Below are positions 1 to 8,963 of a DNA stretch of 64,000 bases, piece by piece. The notes beneath the pieces are model-generated. The model was not told the DNA's origin and did not search any database. It saw only the letters and a list, made by a program, of their open reading frames with translations. Origin of the DNA: a virus; IMG/VR virus record IMGVR_UViG_3300049178_000049. The stretch is one strand, 5' to 3'. Every line of letters begins with the position of its first letter. Position 1 is the first letter of the stretch. The translations under genes and the position numbers were made by a program.

Positions 1-1
1 G

Positions 2-151
2 GAGGGTCTGACGGATGATAGTCCTACTGCTGAGGTCGCATTCCTGGCGCAGGGCACCGATGGCCCGGGTCGCGCTGGCTACTGCGTCAGCGAGTTCGGT
101 AGTCAATGCGGCAACGCGCCGCTTCTTGGTGAGTTCGTCCTCGGTGATCAT
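2..151 (-). CDS. Partial hypothetical protein running off the left edge (MITEDELTKKRRVAAL...)
   Basis: ATG preceded by AAAGGA; frame open to the window end. Confidence 0.55.
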   Translation of the reverse strand, partial: MITEDELTKKRRVAALTTELADAVASATRAIGALRQECDLSSRTIIRQTL

Positions 152-175
152 GGGTGTCCTTTCAGGTGAACTCGT

Positions 176-616
176 TCATACCGTCGTCGCGTACTCGGGC
201 GGCGTCATCTCGGGTAGGTAGCGAAAGACAACGCGCCATACGGTTGGATTGGAGGCCCACGGCACATCGGGGTTCACGGTGTCCCAGCGTCGACGATACG
301 AGTCGATGGCAGGAACGAGATCCGCCATTCTCGCCTGATCGATGTCGGGTATCAGGTTGAGTCGGGCCATATCACCGAGCGCCGCCGCAGCAGCAGGTCC
401 AGGAATAGGCGTTAGACTGTCGACCAGCCGAACCCGGCTGGCTTCGATGATCGCCGCGCACACGGTCCGGATCTCTTCGCGCTCGTCACTGCGGATCGCG
501 AGGAGGTCCCCGATCTTGAGCTCGACGCCCGGATCGCAGGGGATGTGGAAGAGCGTCCGCTTTTGGGTGACGACATCCTCGTTCCATCGCGGGGAGACAA
601 TCTGGTACTCAGCCAT
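176..616 (-). CDS. ASCH/PUA-like domain protein
   Basis: Ends in W-x-x-NP-x-VW-x-V-x-F as in phage ASCH-like proteins; AAGGAG Shine-Dalgarno upstream. Confidence 0.5.
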   Translation of the reverse strand: MAEYQIVSPRWNEDVVTQKRTLFHIPCDPGVELKIGDLLAIRSDEREEIRTVCAAIIEASRVRLVDSLTPIPGPAAAAALGDMARLNLIPDIDQARMADLVPAIDSYRRRWDTVNPDVPWASNPTVWRVVFRYLPEMTPPEYATTV

Positions 617-644
617 TCTCGAACTCCTTCTTGCCAGTGGAATG

Positions 645-1160
645 CTACGGCATGACCACGGAGCGCAAGACCTCGTGGTCGGTGACAGGTAACGGAATGC
701 GGTGTAGCCCTTTGCCTGCGCGCCATGGCAGCCACAACGCGTTATTGCGCTCGTCGGCTACGACGATCTCCTGATAGCGCATGGCCGTCCTGAATCGTGG
801 TTCGTCGGTGACGGGGCAGTCCATCGTCAGGAGCACGTTGTGCCTGCCCTCCGTGTAGAGCTCCACGCGGCGGCTTGCGTCCACAGGGTCGACGGTTCCA
901 TCTGGACGCCGGGTGGGCATGGTCACACGCTGCTCCCAGGTCCATCTCTCGGGCTGGCAGCACACCACGTTCACGTAGTCCTCGGTCATGGGCGTGGCCA
1001 GGAGCTGCGCGTAGTGCTCCCATCGGCCAGACAGGCCACCTGTCATCGACCCGATGCGCACGGGAGCGATGCGGAGCAGGCCGCTCAGGTATCCCAACGC
1101 CAGCATCCCGATGGGCGAGGAGTCGGTGGTGGCAAGGTAGCGGATGAAGCGGCGGGGCAT
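645..1160 (-). CDS. Hypothetical protein, possibly a degenerate glycosyltransferase (GT-B) N-terminal domain
   Basis: Start MPRRFIRY overlaps the upstream stop (TGATG); weak resemblance to GT4 N-terminal lobes. Confidence 0.35.
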   Translation of the reverse strand: MPRRFIRYLATTDSSPIGMLALGYLSGLLRIAPVRIGSMTGGLSGRWEHYAQLLATPMTEDYVNVVCCQPERWTWEQRVTMPTRRPDGTVDPVDASRRVELYTEGRHNVLLTMDCPVTDEPRFRTAMRYQEIVVADERNNALWLPWRAGKGLHRIPLPVTDHEVLRSVVMP

Positions 1161-1318
1161 CACTTCCTCCAGAAGAGGAGCCACGCTGCCACGGCCGCAA
1201 TCGCGAGCTTGACCGGCGTGGACAGGCCACCCGTCGCGCTCTCCACGGCCGCGTCGTCTCCGACATACATCAACTGGTCTACGCCGCGGGCGGCCGGCTT
1301 GTGGTAGGTGATCTTCAC
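1160..1318 (-). CDS. 52-aa tail-anchored membrane protein with VGDD motif (missed by ORF track)
   Basis: My translation: MKITYHKPAARGVDQLMYVGDDAAVESATGGLSTPVKLAIAAVAAWLLFWRK; GTGA and TGATG overlaps with both neighbours. Confidence 0.8.
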   Translation of the reverse strand: MKITYHKPAARGVDQLMYVGDDAAVESATGGLSTPVKLAIAAVAAWLLFWRK

Positions 1319-1683
1319 GAAGCGCCCTTGGGCGGATCTGGGACGGCACCGATGGTTAGCATCGGGATCCGTACGGGCCCGTCCGGCACGTTCGGGTAGA
1401 TGCCCATCATCTTCTCGATCTCAAGGAGCGCCGCCTCAATCACCCGGTTGTCGATGTTCTGCGTCTCACCGTCCAGTCCCGAAAGGAGGACGGTCCCGCG
1501 AGCAATGCAGTCGCCAATATCTCGCACCGTTAGACCGGCGACAATCTGTCTCCCGCGCTCGCCATGCGCGGTCCACGGCTGACCGTCGTAGGGACGATCA
1601 CGAGCGCCACCCCAATCCTGCCCGGCAAGCAGGCGCTCCATACTCTCTGGCGTGTAGTCACCCTCGTTGTCGAACACCAGCAC
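1315..1683 (-). CDS. Hypothetical protein
   Basis: Coupled between neighbouring genes; plausible composition. Confidence 0.6.
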   Translation of the reverse strand: MLVFDNEGDYTPESMERLLAGQDWGGARDRPYDGQPWTAHGERGRQIVAGLTVRDIGDCIARGTVLLSGLDGETQNIDNRVIEAALLEIEKMMGIYPNVPDGPVRIPMLTIGAVPDPPKGAS

Positions 1684-2436
1684 CTATGCGACCTCGCGGT
1701 TCATGAAGCCATCGAGGTGGACCCAGACCAGCGGCTGCGGCGCGATCGAGTCCGGCAGGTGCCGGAGCAACGCCTCCAGCGCCGCTCGGTCGCTGTGCAA
1801 CTTCACCCCGAAGGTCTGCCGCACCGAGATGAAGAACGGGCGGCGGAACGGATAGGCGGTCGCTGCCGCGATCCAGCCGTCTCGCTCGGCCTGCGGAAGG
1901 TCGCCGAACGTCATGGCGGCGGTTGGCGCCTTGCTCAGATGGGTGTCGCCGGGCGGATTCGTGCCGCGCCGCCACATCCGCTCTGCCATCACCGCCGCGT
2001 CGATCTCGAGCATGCCGGAAGGGTCGAACATCCGGGCACCGCACAACTCCACGAGCGGTCGCGCGGTTACCGGCCGCGAGCCGATCCACAGTTCGACGGT
2101 CGTGGCGTTCACCCACGCGTCCCATGCGCGCAGGAGCGGCTCGTTGGTCGGCGGGGGCAGGCGGTAGGGGCTCCCCGACGCGAGCCGGCACACATCGGTC
2201 ACGTTGGTCCTGGCGTACCACTCGACGATCAGGAACGTCTTGTCGGCTGGGAATTGGCCAGCGATCTGGAGGTTGGTCAGCGCTGCGTTGCCGATATTCC
2301 GGTTCCCGAACAGGCTGATGTAGGGAGCCACCTTGCCGTCGACCACTCGCGGGCCGCCGCCCAGCATGTCGCGTGGGCTGAAGGCATCGTACAGAGTGGC
2401 GTCGATCCGTTCCTTGTAACCCAATAGGCGTGGCAT
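1684..2436 (-). CDS. Diverged paralog of putative capsid protein A
   Basis: MPRLLGYKER, LFGNRNIGNAALTNLQIAGQ, RPFFISVRQTF and LDGFMNREV align with 12310-12885, plus an insertion. Confidence 0.75.
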   Translation of the reverse strand: MPRLLGYKERIDATLYDAFSPRDMLGGGPRVVDGKVAPYISLFGNRNIGNAALTNLQIAGQFPADKTFLIVEWYARTNVTDVCRLASGSPYRLPPPTNEPLLRAWDAWVNATTVELWIGSRPVTARPLVELCGARMFDPSGMLEIDAAVMAERMWRRGTNPPGDTHLSKAPTAAMTFGDLPQAERDGWIAAATAYPFRRPFFISVRQTFGVKLHSDRAALEALLRHLPDSIAPQPLVWVHLDGFMNREVA

Positions 2437-2458
2437 GGCATCACCATGCCACAACTTC

Positions 2459-2686
2459 TCAGCAGGGCGGAAGCGGAACGGCCGGCTCGTACCAGTCAGA
2501 GCAGAACTCGTTGGGAGGACACGGGATCAGCGGGGTGCCGTAAAACGCCCGGTAGTTGGGCTCCCCACAGGTGCCGTACCTCCCACCCTGCACCCGGTAG
2601 AACTTGCAGTTGGAGCAGTTGGCGCCACCCACGGGCACCCGCATGGCGGGCCGATGATCGAAGGGAACTGTGAGTCGCGTCGCCAT
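2459..2686 (-). CDS. Small Cys-rich protein
   Basis: CSNCKF...C...C....C pattern. Confidence 0.55.
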   Translation of the reverse strand: MATRLTVPFDHRPAMRVPVGGANCSNCKFYRVQGGRYGTCGEPNYRAFYGTPLIPCPPNEFCSDWYEPAVPLPPC

Positions 2687-2752
2687 GGAGCAAAGGTACC
2701 GTAGCCGGAGGTGGTGCGGATCGGGTAACGTGACAGCGGAAAGGAGTTCGAC

Positions 2753-3478
2753 ATGGTTCAGTGGATGCGCGATGTCCAAGGAGACCCGGCCCGTTGCTCG
2801 TCTGAGGGATGCCCCCGCTTCGGCGGCGGATCCTGCCCGCGATGTGGTTATCCGCTAGCGTTCGCGCACCCTGACTGCGTATCAGATGCGCTGGCGATGG
2901 AGGCCGTGTACGTCGGCGGAACCGCGATGACAGTGAAGGGCAGCAGCGACGTTCCGGTCGGTGTGGTCAACGTCATCCAGCGCGATGCGTTCAGCAACTG
3001 CCAGCAGTACCTGATACCTCGCCATCTGCAGCCGGGCGAATGGGTGACATGGCGACCGGACTCCGGATCGCCGCTGGCCCGATGGATCATCCATGGCCAC
3101 GTGGAGGAGATGCGCAGCGGTACTCTGATTCTGCGGGTGTATCGTGTCGCCGGTCCTCATACGTCCGGGCGTCCACTCATCAACGATCTGCTGGACACCT
3201 GCGTCGCTCCGGGGACGATGCAGCGGTGGTACGGGCTCGACATCAAATACGATGGTCGCAGCCTCGGCGATCTGTTGACGATGCAGATGAACGAGGACCA
3301 GGCGCGCTGCGGGCTTGCCATGGCGAGCCCGCTGACCCCCGCCCAGCGCGCTGCGGTTTCTTTCTACTGGTCCGCTGAGTTGCGCCGAAGAATTGCCAGC
3401 CACCCTGCTTTCGAAGCCGAACGGTGGCGCGCCGACGAGCAACATACAAAGCGAATCATGGTCGACATCGACTGGTGA
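2753..3478 (+). CDS. Hypothetical protein with N-terminal Zn-finger-like Cys cluster
   Basis: AAGGAG Shine-Dalgarno; CPRC motifs. Confidence 0.6.
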   Translation: MVQWMRDVQGDPARCSSEGCPRFGGGSCPRCGYPLAFAHPDCVSDALAMEAVYVGGTAMTVKGSSDVPVGVVNVIQRDAFSNCQQYLIPRHLQPGEWVTWRPDSGSPLARWIIHGHVEEMRSGTLILRVYRVAGPHTSGRPLINDLLDTCVAPGTMQRWYGLDIKYDGRSLGDLLTMQMNEDQARCGLAMASPLTPAQRAAVSFYWSAELRRRIASHPAFEAERWRADEQHTKRIMVDIDW

Positions 3479-3590
3479 CCGGCGTGAACGCCGCGAGCCA
3501 GACCATCACCGGCATCGGCGATGTCAATGTCGTGACCAGCGAGCCGACGACGTTCAAGCTTGAACTTGGGCACGCCCGCCGACAAGTAAC

Positions 3591-4202
3591 TCAGCTGCTG
3601 AACAGCAGCCACAGGAACAGTGCGGCGCCGCCCACCAAAAGCACAGTCCCCAGGGTGCCCATCGAGGCGCCCGACAGCCAGGCCAGCGGGTCGTTGTTGT
3701 TTGTGAAGTTGTCCTCGCCCGCCGCGAAGTCTGGCACGGGCTTGTCCCGCACTTCCCAATGGGTGTGATTGGCCGAACTGGTCACGCCCACCTGGTCGCC
3801 TGCCACCACCTGCGCCCCCATCGGCGCCATCGAAGATGTCGCCGGCTCGAGGTGCGCCAGGAGATGGAACTTTCCGCTGTCATCCCCCTGGATGATGATG
3901 AACCACGGCCCGTAGCCGACAAACGGTGCAGCGGCGCCGCTGCCTACGGCGACCACAGTACCGCTCTCTGGGGCCACCACGGAGGTTCCAGCGGTGCCGG
4001 CGACATCCACTCCGGGGTGCTTGCACGGGTAGCCATGGACCCCACAGGAACCATCTGCGGGCGTGGCGCGCGCCTCGAGCCATCCCCCGTGCGCCCCCAC
4101 CTCGAGCGGGTAGACGGGCGGCTGGGGTCTGCCCGGTTCGGGCGTGGCTGTATCAACGGGCGTCGCGCCCAGCGCGCGACGCTGAATGCGGGCGTATGTC
4201 AT
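3591..4202 (-). CDS. M23 family peptidoglycan endopeptidase with C-terminal membrane anchor
   Basis: HPGVD (HxxxD) and HTH (HxH) zinc motifs; leader RRALGA; C-terminal TM helix. Confidence 0.85.
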   Translation of the reverse strand: MTYARIQRRALGATPVDTATPEPGRPQPPVYPLEVGAHGGWLEARATPADGSCGVHGYPCKHPGVDVAGTAGTSVVAPESGTVVAVGSGAAAPFVGYGPWFIIIQGDDSGKFHLLAHLEPATSSMAPMGAQVVAGDQVGVTSSANHTHWEVRDKPVPDFAAGEDNFTNNNDPLAWLSGASMGTLGTVLLVGGAALFLWLLFSS

Positions 4203-4211
4203 GTTGTTCGT

Positions 4212-6083
4212 TCAGCCGTAGTAGGGCTCGCCAACATCGTCCCTGATGAAGTGCGCTTCCCAGACGGGACGACCATCGGGGTACCGCTCCGGGGCATACT
4301 CGGATTCGGCGACCTCGGCTGGTTCAAACGCGCCAACCAGATCGGCACGGCTGAGATCCAGGAGCGATTCCTTGTGCGCCCTCGCCAGTTGCTTCTTGAA
4401 CTCCGCCAGGGTCATGCCAGTAAACCGCGGATCTCTCGTCGCGAGGCGATACGCTGCCGAAATGAACACCTTGTGGCCAGAGCGACCCTGGGTGCGTCCA
4501 TTGGGTCCTCGGGACCCCTTCACCTGAGGCAGCATCTCCCTCACGATCTTGGCGAACTCCGGCAGATCCATGCTGGCGACGGACTGCCGTTGTCGTGCGC
4601 TGCGGTCGCGGATCATGTGGAAGGTCGCACCGCGATCGACGATCTCGGACTCCTCGACTTCCTCGGGATCCGCATCCCCCCTGGCGTCCATCCGGGCGAG
4701 GTCCACGAGGCCCTGCTGGTTCGCTTCGACCAGCCTTCGCTTGAACAAAGAGGGCATGAACGCACGGAACCCCGGGGCTCGCTCCAGCGCGCGCCACGCG
4801 GCTGCAATGAACACCTTGTCTCCGAACCGCCCCATCGGCATCCCCGAGGGCCCGGGGCTCTCGGGGATGGCCGGTAGCGCAGCCTTCACCGCGCTGGCGA
4901 ACTCGGCCAGTGTCATCGGTTGCGGTGGCGGCGCCGCGTCCGCTTGTCCTGGCCTCGCCCCCTGCCCCGGTGCCCGGAGGACGCGCTTCAGATCGTCTGC
5001 CGTCGCCGCGCTTTTCACCAGGACGCGGTGATGGTGGCTGCGGAGCTGGTGCTCGTTCTCCGTGAAGAAGACGAACCGATCCACGAGTTGCGGGTATCGA
5101 TCCTGGATGTGCCGGAACAGATCGAGACCCGTGCGGGGCCCCAGCACGTTCACGTCGGAGATCACGAGACCGAACTCGTGGACCTCCAGATCGGCGATCG
5201 CGGCGCCGACGTTGTCGGCGAAAATGACGTGGGGGTTGGTTACGATCTGTTTCAGCATCCGGGCCAGCCTCGCCTGGATCTTCGGATCGTCCTCCATCAC
5301 CAGGATCTCGATGCCGAGTTGCTTGCCTGATGGGTTGCGCGTGGCACAGACGATGGCCTGGATCCCGTGCCCGAACTCGATGGTCCGGCACGGTTGGTCA
5401 TGCGCTGGCTGAAACTGCCGCAGCCGATGGTAGTTCTCGGTGGTATCGACTGAGCCGTACTTGTACCCGTGATCCTGCGCCCAGCGCTGGGCCTGGCGGA
5501 CGGTGTATCGATCCCCGCTGAACAGAAGACTCTGGACGCTGGAGTTCGGCCATCGTTCACCGGGGTTCGTGGACGGGTTGACCATGGACTCCGGGATGTC
5601 CTCCCAGGACATGTCCCAGGACATCTCTCGCCCATCATCGTCGAGTTCGACGTGGACCGTCGGCAACGCGAACTGTGCAAGGGGACCGGGCTCGTCGGTG
5701 CCAAGGCATACGCTCGCCAGTAGCGCGCCGAATGAGCGACCGGCGGCATCGGGATGAACACCGCGGATTCGTGTGTCGAAGTCGGCATCGGATGCCGATG
5801 TGACGTTCTTGAACATCGCCGCATACGGAAACCGCCCGAGTCCTGGATTCTTCTGAGCGATCCCATCCTCGAGCTCGCGCGCAGCCTGAATACCGGCCGC
5901 GCGGTTCATGACCGTGTCCGGCGCGACCTCCTCCCAGTCGCGACCCTCTGAAACATCGGGGGGTGGCTCAACATCGATCGACCACATCTGGAAGGCGTGC
6001 ACGTAGAGGGCGCGCGCGACGCCCTGGGCCACGTACGTGTCGATGTCCTTAGTGGGTGCTTGTTGGAACAGCGTTCTGGTCAT
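4212..6083 (-). CDS. Multidomain protein: two unknown domains, a response-regulator receiver domain, and two tandem copies of a helical domain
   Basis: REC signature ILVMEDD...ISD...FFT...LVK; duplicated KVFI(A/S)AA...FK..L..A....L.DL.R.D...EV.ESE unit; NP motifs at domain boundaries. Confidence 0.75.
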   Translation of the reverse strand: MTRTLFQQAPTKDIDTYVAQGVARALYVHAFQMWSIDVEPPPDVSEGRDWEEVAPDTVMNRAAGIQAARELEDGIAQKNPGLGRFPYAAMFKNVTSASDADFDTRIRGVHPDAAGRSFGALLASVCLGTDEPGPLAQFALPTVHVELDDDGREMSWDMSWEDIPESMVNPSTNPGERWPNSSVQSLLFSGDRYTVRQAQRWAQDHGYKYGSVDTTENYHRLRQFQPAHDQPCRTIEFGHGIQAIVCATRNPSGKQLGIEILVMEDDPKIQARLARMLKQIVTNPHVIFADNVGAAIADLEVHEFGLVISDVNVLGPRTGLDLFRHIQDRYPQLVDRFVFFTENEHQLRSHHHRVLVKSAATADDLKRVLRAPGQGARPGQADAAPPPQPMTLAEFASAVKAALPAIPESPGPSGMPMGRFGDKVFIAAAWRALERAPGFRAFMPSLFKRRLVEANQQGLVDLARMDARGDADPEEVEESEIVDRGATFHMIRDRSARQRQSVASMDLPEFAKIVREMLPQVKGSRGPNGRTQGRSGHKVFISAAYRLATRDPRFTGMTLAEFKKQLARAHKESLLDLSRADLVGAFEPAEVAESEYAPERYPDGRPVWEAHFIRDDVGEPYYG

Positions 6084-6274
6084 TGTCGCACCTCGGCACG
6101 AGGGGGCATGGCCCGCTTGCAGGCGAGGCACGTCACCCTGTCCCAGTCCTCGGTGCGAATGAACGACGGAGATTCCACCGTGACCGATGCATGATGAACG
6201 TGTTCGGATTCCCCTGCAACGTAATGCTCGGGCGCAATGCCGAGCAACATAGCGTCCGACAGCGCCACAGTCAC
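6080..6274 (-). CDS. Small hypothetical protein
   Basis: GGAGG Shine-Dalgarno, GTG start overlapping upstream stop; CxxC. Confidence 0.5.
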   Translation of the reverse strand: MTVALSDAMLLGIAPEHYVAGESEHVHHASVTVESPSFIRTEDWDRVTCLACKRAMPPRAEVRQ

Positions 6275-6816
6275 ACCTCCCTGGCTCGGTTGTCCTCGAC
6301 GACAAGCCGCAGCCGGCAGAGCGACCCCCCGGTGTGGAGCGCGCCGGGCACGTGCTTGTCGTCGCCGATCTCCCAGGCGCACTCGAAGGGCTCGATCGAC
6401 AACCGTCCGAACATGGAGATCGCTGCCAACTCGGCGACCGAGCTCGCCAACAGATGGATCCGCTTCGCCTGCGGGTTCATGGACCCTGGCTCGTACTCGA
6501 TCTTCTTCTGGTCCCCCCGGATGGTCGAGTGCTTGTGGCACCGGGGGCAGATGATCTGCACCCGCATGGGCTCGCCGGGCAGGGCGTAGACATCCAGGGT
6601 GAGCAGGAGGTCCCCGAACACTACCACCACCTCCTGCTTGCCTGCCGTAAGGCTGTGGGTGGATTGGAGGCCCGTGTGGTTGGTCAGGCCAGTAGGATCC
6701 GGGGCATCCCCGGCCAGTTGCACCACCTCGCGCTTTCCACTGGCAAGAGCCGATGGTCCGGCCAGCATCTGCTGTACGCGGGTGTCGGATAGGTCGACAT
6801 GAAGCGGGCGCGACAT
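6271..6816 (-). CDS. Hypothetical Zn-binding protein
   Basis: CPRCH plus further Cys; coupled to neighbours. Confidence 0.6.
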   Translation of the reverse strand: MSRPLHVDLSDTRVQQMLAGPSALASGKREVVQLAGDAPDPTGLTNHTGLQSTHSLTAGKQEVVVVFGDLLLTLDVYALPGEPMRVQIICPRCHKHSTIRGDQKKIEYEPGSMNPQAKRIHLLASSVAELAAISMFGRLSIEPFECAWEIGDDKHVPGALHTGGSLCRLRLVVEDNRAREV

Positions 6817-6817
6817 C

Positions 6818-7009
6818 CTACTCCGCCTTCCAGTCGCCGCGCTCGATGCGGTCGGCCATGACGTTCAGGGTCATCCGCTTCACCTTGGCCCACGTGACAT
6901 CCCCGCCGTGATCCTCGCCCTCCTTGATGAGTTCATCGAACTTCGCGGCCTCCTTGCGGAGATAGTCTACCACCTTGCGGATGGTCGCTGATTCGGTCTC
7001 GTTCGCCAT
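6818..7009 (-). CDS. Small hypothetical protein
   Basis: MANETESATIRK...; GGAG upstream of next gene. Confidence 0.5.
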   Translation of the reverse strand: MANETESATIRKVVDYLRKEAAKFDELIKEGEDHGGDVTWAKVKRMTLNVMADRIERGDWKAE

Positions 7010-7070
7010 GCCCCATGCTAGCCGGAGGGCAGCCAGATCGGGTAGCCTTTCCGCTCGAAAGGAGTTCGAC

Positions 7071-7410
7071 ATGCCAGACGACCCCGTTGCTGTTCTGATC
7101 CAGCAACTTCGTTCGCCCGCGCATCATGCGTGCTGCGAGTGCCTCGACATGACCAAGAATGAGCGTCCCTGCAGATACTGTAAGGGTAACGAGGCCAACG
7201 AGGTGCGGATGCAGCGGGCAGCAAAGGAACTCGAACGGTTGACAGAAGAACGGTCCAATGCCGAGCACGAGGTCGATCCGGTCAACCCGGCTCACTATCG
7301 CGGGGACACCGTCATGCGGATCATTGAGGACTTCGACCTCGGGTTCTGCCTCGGGAACGTCGTCAAGTACATCCTGCGCCACGCGGCGAAGGCCGGTCTT
7401 GAGGGGTCTT
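7071..7410 (+). pseudogene. DUF3310-like phage protein, truncated at the C-terminus
   Basis: VNPAHY...F.LGNVVKYI.R motif, but the expected DL.KA.WYL ending is absent; frame runs into thyX sequence. Confidence 0.65.
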
Positions 7411-7989
7411 GTCGAGGCCAAGCACGGCGACGAGAAGTTGCTCGCTTTCCTATGGGACAACAAACACGCGACCCCGTTCGAGATGGCCGGCGCGATCATC
7501 GAAGTCCAGGCCCCGATCTTCGTGTTCCGAGAATGGCATCGCCATCGCACACAGAGTTACAACGAGATGTCGGCGCGCTACACGCCGCTGCCCGACGTGA
7601 ACTACATCCCCACGGTCGAGCGCCTGCTGATGAACAGCAAGACCAACAAGCAGGCCGGCACGGTGAGGGGCGCTGCGGAGATGACCCAGCAGAACGCCGA
7701 GATTTACCTGCAGCAACTACGATAGGCCTACGTCGCCGACGAGCGTCTGTACAATCTTGCGCTCGCGGCCGGCGTCCCGAAGGAACTCGCGCGTGTGCAC
7801 CTGCCCGTCGGCCGCTACTCGCGGATGCGCGCCAGCGCCGTGTTGCGCAACTGGCTGTCGTTCCTGACGCTGCGCATGGCGCCAAGCGCGCAGTGGGAGA
7901 TCCGGCAGTACGCCAACGCGGTGCACGACCTGCTGGTCGAGCACTTCCCGCGAACGATGACCTTGTTCGATGGCAGTATAGCGCGCTGA
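7400..7989 (+). pseudogene. thyX: Flavin-dependent thymidylate synthase, 5'-truncated with an in-frame TAG at 7723-7725
   Basis: RHRTQSYNEMSARY signature, PKELAR, LRNWLSFLTLR..AQWEIR all in one frame across the TAG; no start codon or N-terminal segment. Confidence 0.85.
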
Positions 7990-8004
7990 AGCGGCGCTAA
8001 TCCG

Positions 8005-8265
8005 CTACTCCTTCTTCCGCCTCAACAGCAGGAACGCCCCCAGCGCCAGTCCCCCGATGAGCAGCACGCTCGTCGTGCTGGTCCCCTGCTGCGCTGCGAG
8101 CGCCGCCTGCAGATCACGGTTGCTCTGCGCAGCCGCGCCCTGCGCCTGTTGTGTCGAGCCGTAGATCTGCAGCACCGAGCCGGCATCGCTGATGAGCGTG
8201 TCGAACCAACTACCCATGCCGGAGTAGCCGGACCGAACCACCATGTCGTTCCTCATGTACGCCAT
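8005..8265 (-). CDS. Tail-anchored putative virion membrane protein
   Basis: Leader ...SGMGS; C-terminal TM plus RRKKE. Confidence 0.75.
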   Translation of the reverse strand: MAYMRNDMVVRSGYSGMGSWFDTLISDAGSVLQIYGSTQQAQGAAAQSNRDLQAALAAQQGTSTTSVLLIGGLALGAFLLLRRKKE

Positions 8266-8270
8266 GGCGC

Positions 8271-8711
8271 TCAACTCCGCCGCGCCAGCAGCACCGCCGC
8301 CAGGACTCCAGCGCCAGCCAGAGCCAGGAGGGTCGTGGTGGACATGCCGGACTGCGCTGGCATGATCACCGCTGGTTGCGGCGCCAGACCCGCGCCGAAT
8401 GCCTTCGCGATCGCGGAGAGAATGCCGGTACCGCTGTCCGAACTCGTGGGGGCACCAGGCGGGCTACCCGCCGGATGGGCCGGATCCGGGTCGACCGCGT
8501 AGCCCGGAGCCCGGTACGTCGACCCATCGGCGTTGAACGTGGTCATCCCACCGTCGGGGGTCGCACAGTAGTTGCCGGGCTTCCGGTACGGGTCGCCCAG
8601 CGGGATCTCGGAGCACTGGGTGGAGTCCGAGTAGTCGCCCATGCCCAGAAGGCCGCGTCGGCGGATAGCGGGGCGGGGTGCGGGGGTGCGGACGCGCTTG
8701 AAGTAGGACAT
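8271..8711 (-). CDS. Tail-anchored putative virion membrane protein
   Basis: MSYFKR...RRRGLLGMGD; C-terminal TM plus RRS. Confidence 0.8.
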   Translation of the reverse strand: MSYFKRVRTPAPRPAIRRRGLLGMGDYSDSTQCSEIPLGDPYRKPGNYCATPDGGMTTFNADGSTYRAPGYAVDPDPAHPAGSPPGAPTSSDSGTGILSAIAKAFGAGLAPQPAVIMPAQSGMSTTTLLALAGAGVLAAVLLARRS

Positions 8712-8714
8712 GGG

Positions 8715-8963
8715 TCACTCCTTGGACCAAAGCCAGTATGCCAGATACGCCAGCCCGCCCCAAAGCACGTACTGGATCAGGCCGGACGAGGCGACCGGGG
8801 CTGGAGCCGTGGTCGGCGGCATGGCTACAGTCGGGACAATTGGCACTACGATGGGCGGCGACATGCCGCCGGGCGACACGATGGTGCCCGTCGCGTCGTC
8901 GCCCATGCTTCCGCGACGGACCATGAACGACGACCGCGGCGTCTTGCGCATGGCGTAGCTCAC
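8715..8963 (-). CDS. Tail-anchored putative virion membrane protein
   Basis: GTG start MSYAMRK...RRGSMGDD; C-terminal TM. Confidence 0.8.
   Translation of the reverse strand: MSYAMRKTPRSSFMVRRGSMGDDATGTIVSPGGMSPPIVVPIVPTVAMPPTTAPAPVASSGLIQYVLWGGLAYLAYWLWSKE

Noticed and set aside
6818-7072. ORF-track start MSNSF (also 2527-2754 and 58151-58384 ends)
   Set aside because: This peptide is just the reverse complement of the AAGGAGTTCG block of the opposite-strand gene
7723-7725. Genome-wide TAG reassignment or readthrough
   Set aside because: Only thyX shows an internal TAG; many genes end cleanly at TAG (e.g. 1684-2436, 60736-61371) and thyX is also 5'-truncated
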